From assembly GCA_036689455.1 (NCBI GenBank), contig CP144828.1, positions 77,418 through 141,417 of the forward strand: a stretch of DNA of 64,000 bases, read 5' to 3'. The notes under the pieces are model-generated. The model had not been told where the DNA came from. It worked only from the letters and a program-made list of their open reading frames with translations, and did not search any database. Positions within the stretch are counted from its first letter, which is position 1; each line of letters begins with the position of its first letter. The translations under genes and the position numbers were made by a program. The stretch comes from Candidatus Stammera capleta. GTDB taxonomy: Bacteria; Pseudomonadota; Gammaproteobacteria; Enterobacterales; Enterobacteriaceae. Below are positions 40,454-53,384 of this stretch, piece after piece.

Positions 40454-41947
40454 TTGAGAATATATAATTTGAATGAATTATTGTGTAATTATTTAAATCT
40501 AAATGAATTAGAAGTTATATATATAACTGGTATTAAAGATAATAGTCGTTTGATTGTAAAAGGTGATTTATTTGTGGCATTAAAAGGTTTTAATTTTGAT
40601 GGAAAAAATTACATTTATGAATCTGTTTTAAATGGTGCTGTTGCAGTATTAACTTATTCTAATATAAATAAATCTTATTATGTTTTTAATAAAAAATATA
40701 ATATATATATATTTTATTTGTTTAAGTTAAATTTTTTTTTATCTGAAATATTTAATAGATTTTATAATTATTCAAGTAAAAATTTATTAATTTTAGGTGT
40801 TACTGGTACTAATGGTAAAACAACAGTTGTTAATATAAGTGCTCAATGATTAATGTTGTTGGGATATAAAACTTATATTTTAAGTACATTAGGTAATGGT
40901 TTTTATAATAAATTAAATCCATCTTTAAATACTACTGGTTCAGCTTTAGAAACTCAAATTAATTTAAAATTATGTGATGATAATAAAGTAGATTTCGTTT
41001 CTATTGAAGTTTCGTCTCATGCATTGGATCAATATAGAGTAAATTCTTTAAATTTTTCTGCTGCTGTATTTACTAATTTAAGTATTGATCATTTAGATTA
41101 TCATTTGAATTTTAAAAATTATGAGTTATCAAAATGAAAATTATTTTATGATTTTGATATTGATAATTTAATTATTAATGTTGATGATAATATAGGTTTT
41201 AAATGATATAAAAAATTATCTAAAAAAATAGTTATTCCTGTAAGTTTAAATTATAAAAAAATTTTTTTTGATACTAAAAGATGATTATTTGTAACTAAGA
41301 TTAGATTTTTTGGTTTTTTAAAAAAAATATATTTTGTTTCTTCTTGAGGAAAAGGAGTATTAAAAATTTTTTTAGTAGGTTTTTATAATATTATGAATGT
41401 TTTGTTAAGTTTTGTTGCTTTATTATCTTTGAATTTTAGTTTTGAAAAATTATTAAATTTTAGTAAATATTTAGTTTTACCGAAGGGTAGAATGGAATTT
41501 TTTTATAAATTTAACAAACCTTTAGTAATTGTTGATTATGCTCATACACCAGATGCTTTGAAGACTGTTCTTCTAGAATCTAGAAAATATTGTAAGAGTA
41601 AATTATGATGTGTTTTTGGTTGTACTGGAAATAGAGATAGAATTAAAAGACCAATTATGGGTAAAATAGCTAAAAAATATGCTGATATTATAATAATAAC
41701 TAATGATGATTTACATTTTGAAGATGAAAATATTATTTTAAATGATATTAAATTGGGTATAAAAGATTTTAATAATGTATATATTATTTTAAATCGTATT
41801 TTAGCTGTTAAATTTGCTTTATCAAATTCTAATGTTAATGATGTTGTTATAATAACTGGTAAAGGACATGAAAATTTTCAAATTATATTTGGTCATAGAA
41901 TTAAATATTCTGATAGAAATTTAGTTAAGCAAATATTAGGTATATAA
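40454..41947 (+). CDS. murE: UDP-MurNAc-tripeptide synthetase MurE, 497 aa, TTG start
   Basis: GVTGTNGKTT P-loop, EVSSHAL, and DYAHTPDAL. Four fragments in frame 2. dcw position. Confidence 0.9.
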
Positions 41948-41948
41948 T

Positions 41949-43298
41949 ATGATATATTTAAGTTTATTAGATATTGCAAATATAGTTGATGCTGAATTAA
42001 TTGGAAAAAATTTATATATAAGTAATATTTCTGTAGATACACGTGATGAAAAGATAAAAAATTCTTTATTTATTTTACTTAAAGGGAAACTAGATGTCAA
42101 TTTAGTATGTTATAAAGCAGTTAATAATGGTGCTATATGTGTGCTTTTTAGTTCCTTTATATTTTTTAATATATCTCAATTAATAGTAAATAATGTTGTT
42201 GTTGCTTTAGGTAAACTTTCTTCTTGATTAAGAAAAAAAAAAAATATCAAAATATTATCTGTAACTGGTACTACAGGTAAAACTTCTGTTAAAGAAATAA
42301 CTGTAAATATTTTAAAACCATTAGGCAGGGTTTTATTTAATTATAAAAATTTAAATAATGAATTAGGTATACCAATAACTTTACTGAAATTATATAGAAG
42401 TTCTTATAGTTATGCTGTATTGGAATTAGGAGCGAATCATATAAATGATATTGATTATTTATCTAATATTGTAATTCCTGATATAGCAAGTATTACTAAT
42501 ATTTCTGTTTCTCATTTAATTGGTTTTAAAAAATTTAAAAATATTGTTTTATGTAAAGGTAAAATTTTTAAATATTTAAATAAAAATGGTATTGCTATAC
42601 TAAATATATATCATAATTATTATTTTTTATGAAAAAAATATTTGCTTGATAAAAAAATTTATTTTTTTTCTATTAATAATAATTTTTATTCTAATGTTTA
42701 TGCTACTAATATTAAATTAAGCATTTTTGGTAGTGTTTTTATTTTAAATACATATTTTGGTAAAATAAAAATTTTTTTAAAACTTTTAGGGATTCATAAT
42801 ATTTTAAATTCATTAAATTCTGTATGTTTTGCGGTTTCATTGGGTTTATCGTTAAAAGATATTAAAATAGGTTTAGAAAATTGTTTCCCTATTAAAGGAA
42901 GATTATATCCTATTTTTATTAAAAAAAATCAAGTTATTTTAGATGATACTTATAATTCTAATCCTAGATCTTTATATTATGGTATTAATTTTTTAAATCA
43001 ATGTAATACTTATAAAGTATTAGTGGTTGGTGATATGTCAGAATTAGACAATATGTCTATATACTATCATTCTAATATAGGTTTGTGAATAAAAAAATTT
43101 TTTAAAATTAATATTGTTTTAAGTATAGGTAAATATAGTTATTATATAAGCAAATACAGTTTAGTTGGTAGACATCATAATTTAATGTCTAATTTATTGA
43201 TAGATATAAAAAAAATATTAATGATTTATGAAAAGGTTACTTTTTTAATAAAGGGTTCTCGTGTTTTTTGTATGGATAAAATATTAAATTTTATATAG
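41949..43298 (+). CDS. murF: UDP-MurNAc-pentapeptide synthetase MurF, 449 aa
   Basis: TGTTGKTS P-loop, ELGANH, DDTYNSNP, and C-terminal KGSR. Fragments in frame 0; end traced to TAG 43296-43298. Confidence 0.9.
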
Positions 43299-43313
43299 AT
43301 AGGATATTTTTTT

Positions 43314-44348
43314 ATGTTTTTTAATATATTTAAATATAATTTATTTATTCGTATTGTATTTTCTTTTGTATTTTCTTTTTTGTTTTCTTTTTTTTTTGGT
43401 AATTTTTTTTTGTTTTTTTTAAATAAAAATAAAGTATATCAGGGTATTAGAGATTTAAATATTAAAAGTAATAGTAAAAAAAAAAATATTCCTATAATGG
43501 GAGGTGTTGTTACTTTTGTATCAATATTATTAATGTCGTTTATATTTGTAAATATTAATAATATTAATATAATAATACTTTTATTTTATTTTGTTTTTAA
43601 TTTTTTTGTTGGTTTAATAGATGATTATATTAAATTTTTTTGCAAAAGTTATGATGGTTTATCTATACGTGATAAATTTTTATTTCAATCGTTAATTACA
43701 TTAATATTTATTTTTTTTTTATTATATTTTAAAATATATATATATAAAAATAATTTTTATTTGCGTTATTTGGTTAATAATAATGTATATTGTTTTTTTT
43801 TATGATATTTTTTATTAATTTGTGGTATTAATTCTATAAATTTTACTGATGGTTTAGATGGTTTATTAACTTTACCTTTAATTTTTGTATCTTTGTTTTT
43901 ATTTTTAGTTTCATTATGTAGTTCTAATATTTATTTAAGTTCTTTATTTAAAATTCCATATATTTTTTATGCAAAAGATTTAATTATAATTAATAGTATA
44001 TTATTGGGAACGTTATTGTCTTTTTTAAGATTTAATTTTTATCCCGCTAAATTATTTTTGGGTGATGTTGGGTCTTTATCTTTGGGTTCATTAGTTACTA
44101 TGATGTTTATATTATTACGTAAGGAATGATATTTTATTATAGTTGGTTATTTATTCTTTATTGAATTGATTTCGGTTTTATTTCAAGTTTTTTTGTTTAA
44201 ATTTTTTAATAAAAGATTATTTATGATGTCTCCTATACATCATCATTATGAGTTATTAGGTTATACTGAAATTAATATTGTTATAAATTTATGAATAGTT
44301 TCTTTTTTTTCTTTTTTTTTATCTTGTTTATTATTTTTTAGGATTTAA
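43314..44348 (+). CDS. mraY: Phospho-MurNAc-pentapeptide translocase MraY, 344 aa
   Basis: Polytopic membrane protein with PIMGG, GLIDDYIKF, NFTDGLDGL, GDVGSL, and MMSPIHHHYE (traced by hand after a TGA). Confidence 0.92.
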
Positions 44349-44350
44349 TA

Positions 44351-45676
44351 ATGTCTATTTATAATGGTAAGAATATTGTTGTATTAGGTGCTGGTATTAC
44401 TGGTTTATCTTGTATAAATTTTTTTTTGTCTTTAGGTGTTTATCCTAAATTAATAGATCATAATTATAATGTAGATAAGAATTTAATACCTGATGGTATA
44501 GATTGTTATTTTGGTGATTTTAATAAGAATTTAGTTTTATATTCTGATCTAATTGTTATTAGTCCTGGAATATCATCTTATAGTAATTTAATTTTACAAG
44601 CTAGAAATAAAGGTATAGAAATTATTAATGATGTAGAAATATTTTTTAGAGAAGTTAAAACTTCTGTAATAGCTATTACTGGTACTAATGGAAAAAGCAC
44701 TGTTGTTTCTTTATTATATAATATATGTAAAATATATGGTTTAAATGTTTCTTTAGGTGGAAATATAGGTATTCCTGCATTAAATTTATTGAATAATAAA
44801 AGTGATTTATATATTTTAGAACTTTCTAGTTTTCAATTAGAATTTGTTTTTTCATTAAAAACGTTATGTTCTTGTTTACTTAATATAACTTGTGATCATT
44901 TAGATAGATATCCTAATGGAATTAAAGATTATATTTTTACTAAATTTAAAATTTTTAATAATTCTAATTATTGTTTAATTAATATTTTAGATAAGAATAT
45001 TATTTCTTATAATTTTTTAAATAAAAATTTAATTACTTTTGGTATTAGTAAAGCAAATTATTATTTAGATTTTTATAAAAATAAAATATTTTTAAGTAAA
45101 AAAAAATGTAGATTAATAGATACAAATAATATTTATTTAAAAGGTATTAATAATTATTTGAATTTTTTAGCAATTATTGCTATTTCAGAAATTTTAAATA
45201 TTCCTAAAAGTATTTATTTAAATAGAATATTAACTTTTAGAGGTTTAAAACATAGGTTTTCTATTGTTCATAATAATAATGGTGTATTATGAATTAATGA
45301 TTCTAAATCTACTAATATAGGAAGTACTATTTCTGCATTAAAATTATTATGTAATGTAAAAGGTTTAATTTGATTGTTATTAGGAGGTGATGGTAAAATG
45401 GTTGATTTTAATTATTATTTAAAACCTTATTTGTTAATTTTTAAAGATAAATTACGTATTTGTTGTTTTGGTAAAAGTAGAAATATTTTATTTAATTTAA
45501 TTCCTAATATTTCTATGAAATTTTTTACTTTAAAAGAAGTTGTTATTTATATTTCTAATTTAATAAAAAATGGAGATGTAGTATTATTATCTCCTGGTTG
45601 TTCTAGTTTGGATCAATTTAATAGTTATAAAGATAGAGGTAATAAATTTATTTTCTTATCTAAAATATATGGTTAA
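44351..45676 (+). CDS. murD: UDP-MurNAc-L-Ala:D-Glu ligase MurD, 441 aa
   Basis: VLGAGITGLS Rossmann motif, ITGTNGKST P-loop, and NDSKSTN after a TGA. dcw position. Confidence 0.92.
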
Positions 45677-45706
45677 AAATAATTAAATTATTAAAAATAT
45701 GTTTTT

Positions 45707-46765
45707 ATGAAAATTAAACGTGTTATGATAATTACTGGTGGTACAGGAGGTCATATATTTCCTGGCTTGGTTGTATCAAAATATTTAAAAAAAAATGGAT
45801 GTTTAATTAAATGAATAGGTAGTCCTGATAGATTAGAGTCTATTTTAGTACCTAAGTATGGTTTTAGTATTGATTTTGTATTTATACCTAATTTTTTAAA
45901 TTCTAGGTTTTGAAATGTTTTTAAAAATATGTATTATTTTATTAAAAGTTTTGTATTAATTTGTAATAAAATTAAAGAATGGAAACCTGATTTAGTTTTG
46001 GGATTTGGTGGTTATATATCATTTTGTGGTATATTTTCTGCTTGATTGTGTAGTATTCCTACTATGATACATGAACAAAATTCTGTAGTTGGTATGTCTA
46101 ATAAATATTTATATTTTATTTCTAATAAAGTAGTACAAGCTTTTCCTAATACGTTTTCTAATAATGTAATTACTGTTGGTAATCCTATTAGAGATGAAAT
46201 ATTATCATTACCTAATCCTAATGAAAGATTTTTATCTCGTAACGGTCCTTTAAATATATTAATTTTAGGTGGTAGTCAAGGTTCTTGTGTAATTAATAAA
46301 GTTATTTTTAAAATAGTAAATATATTATGTTTTGATAGTTTTGTGTTTTTACATCAGGTAGGTTATGTAAATTATAAGTATTATATTAAATATTATAAGA
46401 AAAAAAAAATTATTAATTATAAAATTATTGATTTTATTGATAAAATAAGTGAAGCTTATTATTGGGCAGATTTAATTATAAGCAGAGCTGGAGCATTAAC
46501 TGTCAGTGAAGTAAATTCTATAGGTTTACCAGCAATATTTATTCCTTATATGCATAAAGATAATCAACAATATTTTAACGCTAAATTTTTAGTTGATATA
46601 GGAGCGGCGTTTATGATAGAAGAAAAGTTTTTTTCTGTTGATTATTTACTTAATATAATTTTAAGTTTAAATAGAGAAAAATTAATTTATATGGCTAATC
46701 TTTCGTATGAACATAGAATTAAAGATTCTAATCAGAAATTTATTAATGAAATATATAATTTTTAA
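45707..46765 (+). CDS. murG: Lipid II glycosyltransferase MurG, 352 aa
   Basis: ITGGTGGHIFPG at the N-terminus, HEQNSV, and SRAGALTVSE. Frame continuous through TGAs. Confidence 0.92.
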
Positions 46766-46773
46766 ATAAGTTT

Positions 46774-48246
46774 ATGTTATTAAATAATTTTAATTTAATT
46801 AAAAATAATTTTTTTTCTAATATTGATAAAGATAAATTTGTTATACATTTTATTGGTATAGGTGGTTGTGGTATGTCTGGTATAGCTGAATTTTTAGCTT
46901 TATCTGGTTATAAAATTACAGGTTCTGATATTAAATATAATAGTAGAATTAAATATTTAATTTCAATTGGTGTTAAGTATTATTTTAATCATAATAAAAA
47001 TAATGTATTAAATACTAGTTTGGTTGTTTATTCGTCAGCTATTAAAATGGATAATCCAGAAATTATATTTGCTAAATTGAATGGTATTTTTTTAGTTAGA
47101 AGAATAGATATTTTGTATGAATTAATAAGATGATATTATTCAATTGTTATTGTTGGTACTCATGGAAAAACTACTACAACTGCATTAATCTTTGATCTAT
47201 TATTTTACAATGGTATTAAAGTAAATTGTATTAATGGCGGTAATATAAAATCTATTAATTCATATATTTATTTAAGTGATTGTAATTATTTTTTATTAGA
47301 ATTAGATGAAAGTGATAGAGTTTTTTTGAATTTTAAACCTATTGTAACTATTTTAACTAGTATAGATTATGATCATTTAAATAATTATAATAACAAAATT
47401 AGTAATTTAATTAATTCTTTTGTAAATTATTTAAATAATGTACCTTTTTATGGTCTTATTATAGCATGTATAGATGATCCTTTTGTTAGGAAATTATTAA
47501 ATGATAATTCATTTCAATGTAAAATTATTACTTATGGATTTAGTGAAGATGCTGATTATAGAGTGATTAATTTTATACAAATGAAAAATAGAAGTAATTT
47601 TTCTTTATTTATAAAAAATAATTTAAATGAATATAATTTATCTTTAAATGTTTTTGGTAAACATAATGTGTTAAATTCTGTAGCTGCAATTTGTTTGATT
47701 TTAAATTTTAAACAAATTAATTATGTTAATTTGCAAAAATCTTTAAATAATTTTAAAGGTGTAAAACGTAGATCTGAATTTATAGGTAAATATTATTTTA
47801 ATTATAAAGGTAAGATTATTAAAAATATATCAATAATATTTGATTATGGTCATCATCCTAAAGAAATAGATTTGAATATAAATTCAATACGTAATTCTTG
47901 ATTAAATAAAAGATTAGTTGTGATTTTTCAACCACATAGATTTAGTAGAACTATAAATTTATTTATTGATTTTATAAAAGTTTTATGTAAAATTGATATT
48001 TTACTATTATTAGATATTTATGCTGCTAATGAAAAAAATATATGTAAAAATATAAATAGTAATAGTTTAATTTCTAAAATGTATGATATTTATGGTTATA
48101 AAAATAGTGTTTATTTAAAAGATACTTATGAGGTAATGAAATATTTTTTTTATATTATTAGAAATAATGATATTGTTGTTTTACAAGGAGCAGGAGAAAT
48201 TGATTTTTTATTATATAATTTAATTTTAAAATATTGTATTAAATAA
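46774..48246 (+). CDS. murC: UDP-MurNAc:L-Ala ligase MurC, 490 aa
   Basis: HFIGIGGCGMSGIAE, VGTHGKTTT (in the gap, read through a TGA), and DYGHHP. Fragments in frame 1. Confidence 0.92.
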
Positions 48247-48250
48247 GTTT

Positions 48251-49186
48251 ATGAAAATTAGAAATGTTGCTGTTTTTTTTGGTGGTAAATATAGTGAAAG
48301 GTATGTTTCTATTAGATCAGGTTATGAAGTTTTAAAATCTTTATTAAATATAGGTTTAAATATTTTTCCTATTGATATAAAATATTTTTCTTTAAAATTA
48401 TTTATGAGAATTAAAATAGATAAGGTTTTTATTTTATTACATGGTAAAATGGGAGAAGATGGAACAATACAAGGTTTGTTGGATTTTTTGAATATTCCAT
48501 ATACTGGAAGTAATGTTATTACTTCTTCTATATGCTTTAATAAATTTAAAGCTAAATTATTTTTGAAAAATTTTAAGATAAATGTTATTCCAGATTTTTA
48601 TATAGATAAAAATAATTTTAGTTATTTATGTCCTTCTGGTTTTTTTGATGATTTATTTTGTAGTAAAATTATATTAAGTTTAGGAATGCCTTTATTAATT
48701 AAACCTAATAATAATGGATCTAGTATTGGAATTTATGTAGCAAATAATATAAAGGATTTTAAATATTTTTTAAATAAATGTTTTAATAAATTTGGTAGTG
48801 TTTTGGTAGAAAAATATATATTTGGGGTTGAATATACTGTTGGTTTATTATGTGGCAGAGTTTTACCTTCTATTAAAATAGATCATTGTAATGCATTTTA
48901 TAGTTTTAATTCTAAATATAAAAATAAAAAAACTAAATATTATTGTCCTAGTTTTTTAGATATTAATTTGGAAAAAAAGTTATCTGATATTTCTTTAAGA
49001 ATATGAAATTATTTAGATTGTAAAGGGTGTGCTAGAATAGATTTTTTATTAGATAAAAATAATAAATTTTGATTTTTAGAAATAAATACTATACCTGGTA
49101 TGACAAAAAATAGTTTGATTCCTTTAGCTGCAGGAAAAGTAGGTATTAATTTTAATAATTTAGTAAAAAAGATTTTATATTCTTAA
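48251..49186 (+). CDS. ddlB: D-alanine:D-alanine ligase, 311 aa
   Basis: HGKMGEDGTIQGLL, ATP-grasp core, and C-terminal RIDFLL...FLEINTIPGMT (traced after a TGA). Confidence 0.92.
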
Positions 49187-49362
49187 TTTTTTATAAAATA
49201 AAAAATTATTTTTCTTTATAATATGTTGTTATTTTTTTTATAATCTTATTTTGTAATATTTATTTTAAATAATTTATATATTAAATATTTTTTATTGTTT
49301 TATATATTATTTTCCAAAAGGAAATAATTTATATTGTTTAATATATTAATGAGGATTTAATA

Positions 49363-50493
49363 ATGTCTAATTCAACTAAAGTAGTTAGTGGTATAGTTAT
49401 TAAAGTTATAGGTGTAGGTGGGGGTGGTAGTAATGCTGTTAATTATATGTCTAATGAGAATATATTAGGTGTAGATTTTTTTGTAGTTAATACTGATGTA
49501 CAGGCTTTATCTAAAATGTCTGTAAAGAAAAAAATTCAAATAGGTAAAAATATTACTAAAGGTTTAGGAGCTGGAGCTGATCCTAAAATAGGTAGAAAAT
49601 CTGCTGAAGAGGATAAAGATTTGTTTAAATCTATATTAAATGGTGCAGATATGATTTTTATAGCATCTGGAATGGGTGGTGGAACTGGTACTGGTGCGTC
49701 TCCTGTTATAGCAAAAATTGCTAAAGAATTAAATATACTTACTGTTGCTGTTGTTACTAAACCTTTTTCTTTTGAAGGAAAAAAGAGAATGAATTTTGCT
49801 TATGATGGTATTTATGATTTATATAAATTTGTTGATTCTTTAATAATTATTTCTAATGATAAGTTATTAAAAATTTGTGAAAAAAATATATCTTTATTAC
49901 AGGCATTTAATTTAGTTAATGATGTTTTGAAGAATGCTGTTAAAGGAATATCTGAATTAATTACTAAACCTAGTTTAATAAATGTTGATTTTGCTGATGT
50001 GTATAATGTTATGTCCGAGATGGGTTGTGCGGTAATGAGTACTGGTTTATCTTGTGGAGAAAATAGAGCTATAAAAGCTATTAAAGAAGCAGTTTCTAGT
50101 CCTTTATTGGAGGATATAAATTTATCTAATGTTAAAGGAATATTAATTAATATAACTTCAGGATTAGATTTTAAGTTAAATGAATTTGAAGTGATTGGGA
50201 ATTCAATTAATTCTTTTTCTTCAGAAAAAACAACGTTAGTTATGGGTACTTCTTTAGATTCTAGTATGAATAATAAATTGCGTGTAACTTTAATAGCTAC
50301 AGGTATATGTTTAGATGAAAATATTGAAGTTAATTTTTTAAATAACAAATTTAACTATAGTGCTTTGAATGAAAATTTTTTTAAAAAAAAAAAAATTAAA
50401 AATAGTAATTGTGTAAGTAAAAAGAAATTTATTAAAAATTATAATTTTATGAATTTAGATGTTCCATTATTTCTAAAAAAGAAAATAGATTAA
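49363..50493 (+). CDS. ftsZ: Cell division tubulin homolog FtsZ, 376 aa
   Basis: VIGVGGGGSNAVN and the tubulin signature GMGGGTGTGASPVIA. GAGGA Shine-Dalgarno. Confidence 0.97.
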   Translation: MSNSTKVVSGIVIKVIGVGGGGSNAVNYMSNENILGVDFFVVNTDVQALSKMSVKKKIQIGKNITKGLGAGADPKIGRKSAEEDKDLFKSILNGADMIFIASGMGGGTGTGASPVIAKIAKELNILTVAVVTKPFSFEGKKRMNFAYDGIYDLYKFVDSLIIISNDKLLKICEKNISLLQAFNLVNDVLKNAVKGISELITKPSLINVDFADVYNVMSEMGCAVMSTGLSCGENRAIKAIKEAVSSPLLEDINLSNVKGILINITSGLDFKLNEFEVIGNSINSFSSEKTTLVMGTSLDSSMNNKLRVTLIATGICLDENIEVNFLNNKFNYSALNENFFKKKKIKNSNCVSKKKFIKNYNFMNLDVPLFLKKKID

Positions 50494-50908
50494 TTGTTTA
50501 AATTAGGATTAATTTTTATATATATTTTTTTTATATTAATATTTTTAATTTTTTTTAGAATTTTCTTTTTATTATTTTGAATATATAATTTTGAATTAAT
50601 ATTTAATGTTTCTATAAAAATAGATTCTTTTGTGAAATTTAAGATTTTACATTTTCATTTTATTGTTTTTGGTAGTATTTTTTTAATTTTTTTATTTAAA
50701 AAATATATTATTTTGCTTTTTTTGACTAAAAATTGTAATTTTTTATTTATTTTTTTATTATTAAGTATTTCTGTAATTAATTTAGGTTTTTTTTTATTCA
50801 TTATTAGTTTTTTTTTAGTATAAAATATATTATAATTAATTTAATTATATATTTATTTATGTATTATTAGTATTAATTTAAAGTTATTTTATTATTTTAT
50901 AGTTAATT

Positions 50909-53383
50909 ATGTTAATTAAATTTATATCTTATATTTTTGGTGATAAAAATAAAAGAAAAATATTAAATTTACAGAAAATTATTAATAAAATTAATAGTTT
51001 AGAATATAAATTTATGTGTTATAAAAATGAAGAATTAAAATTTAATACATATAAATTTCGTGATTTATTATTATCTGGAAGTAAATTAAGTAATTTATTA
51101 CCATACATATTTTCTAATATTCGTGAAGCTATTAAAAGAGTTTTTGGTATTCGTTTGTTTGATGTTCAATTAATAGGTGCTCTAGTATTAAATGATGGCT
51201 GTATTGCTGAAATGAAAACCGGTGAAGGTAAAACAATTACGGCTACTTTACCAGCTTATTTAAATTCTTTATTTAATAATGGAGTACATATAGTTACTGT
51301 TAATGATTATTTAGCCAAAAGAGATTCTTGTTATAGTAGTAAATTATTTAATTTTTTGGGTTTAACTGTTGGTTTAAATTTATCTACCATGTCTGTACTA
51401 GAAAAGAAAAATGCTTATTTATCAGATGTAACTTATGGGACGAGTAGTGAGTTTGGTTTTGATTATTTACGTGATAATATGGTTTTGTCGTTAGAGGATA
51501 GAGTTCAAAGAAAAGAATTGAATTATGCTATTTTAGATGAGATTGATTCTATTTTAATTGATGAAGCTAGAACACCTTTAGTAATATCTGGATCTACTGA
51601 GGAAAATATATCTTGTTATTATAAAGTTAATAAAATTATACCTTATTTATTACGTCAAGATAAAGATGATTCTGATGAATATAATGGAAAAGGTGATTTT
51701 GTAGTTGATGAAAAATCCCGTAATGTATTTTTAACTGAAAGAGGTATTATAAAGGTTGAAAGTTTATTAGTTAAAGAGAATATTTTTCTTAGTAATAAGA
51801 ATAATTTTTATAATTCTTCTAATAATATTACAATAATGAATTGTGTTATATCTTCTTTAAAAGCTTATTATTTATATATTAAAAATGTTGATTATTTAGT
51901 TAAAGAGAATAATGTTATTATTGTTGATGAGCATACTGGAAGAATGATGCCTGATAGAAGATGATCTGATGGTTTACATCAAGCTATTGAGGCTAAAGAA
52001 AATGTGGAAATTAAAAATGAAAATAAAACTTTAGCATCTATAACTTTTCAAAATTATTTTAAGTTATATAATAAATTATCTGGAATGACTGGAACTGCAG
52101 TAACTGAATCTTTAGAATTTAGTACTATATATAATATGGATACTTTTTCTATTCCTACTAATAAACCAATGATAAGAAAAGATTGATCTGATTTAGTTTA
52201 TCTTACAGAAAAAGAGAAAAATGAATCTATTATTAAAGATATAAAATATAGAAATCAATTAGGACAACCTATTTTAGTTGGTACTATATCAATTAATAAA
52301 TCAGAATTGTTTTCTTCTCTGCTTGATAAAATTGGTATTAAACATAATGTATTGAATGCTAAATTTCATAAATTAGAAGCAAATATAATTGCTCAAGCAG
52401 GAAAATTAGGTGCTATTACTATTGCTACTAATATGGCTGGTAGGGGTACTGATATAATTTTAGGTGGAAGTTTTTCAAATAATAATATTGATTTTAAAAA
52501 TAATCAAAAACTATATAGAGAAATAAATTTTATTAAAAAAAAATGACAAAAAGATCATGATTTAGTTGTTAGTTTAGGAGGATTACATATAATTGGAACA
52601 GAAAGACACGAATCTCGTAGGATTGATAATCAATTAAGAGGTAGATCTGGTAGACAGGGTGATCCAGGATCTTCTAGATTTTATATATCTATGGAAGATT
52701 ATTTGATGCGTATATTTGTGTCTAAAAAGATTATTTTTTTTATGAGAAAATTAGGAATTAAGTATGGTGAATCTATTGAACATAATTGGATTAATAAATC
52801 TATTGAAAAAGCTCAAAAAAAAATAGAAAGTAGAAATTTTGATTTACGAAAACAACTTTTGGATTATGATGATGTTTATAATGATCAAAGGAAAATTATA
52901 TATTCTATAAGAAATAAAATATTATATAGTAGTAATATAGATTCTAAAATTTTTAAAATAACTAAAATTGTTGTTAATAATTTAATTTTTATATTGGATT
53001 TTAATAAAAATTTATTTTTAAAATATTGTACTGAATTAAATATTAATATGAATTTTTTAAAAATAAATAGTAATTTATTTCTTATTAAAAGAAAGATATT
53101 GAGAGAAATATTTTATTTGTATAAAAAAAAAACTAGTTTTTTGGGTTGTGAATCATTAAATAAAATTAAAAAAAATATTGTTTTACAAGTATTAGATTCT
53201 TTTTGAAAAGAGTATTTAAATGTAATAAATTATTTTAAAGAAAGTATATATTTAAGAAGTTATGCACAAAGAAATCCTAAACAAGAATATAAAGTTGAGT
53301 CATTTAAAATATTTACTAAAATGTTAAATAATTTTTATTATGAAGTAATAAGGATTATAATTAATTTATCTTCTCCTAAATAA
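50909..53383 (+). CDS. secA: Preprotein translocase ATPase SecA, 824 aa (shorter than E. coli, lacking the extreme C-terminal tail)
   Basis: [14 protein letters not shown] Walker [27 protein letters not shown], and [17 protein letters not shown]. Four fragments in frame 2. End traced to TAA 53381-53383. Confidence 0.94.
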
Positions 53384-53384
53384 A

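Noticed and set aside
50632-50823. A 63-aa hydrophobic ORF (GTG start) in the ftsZ-secA spacer, considered as a small membrane protein or a secM-like leader.
   Set aside because: The plus strand here is simply T-rich, giving Phe/Leu/Ile. There is no Shine-Dalgarno and no SecM arrest motif (FxxxxWIxxxxGIRAGP). The ORF is short enough to arise by chance. More likely residual DNA from the lost lpxC and secM.
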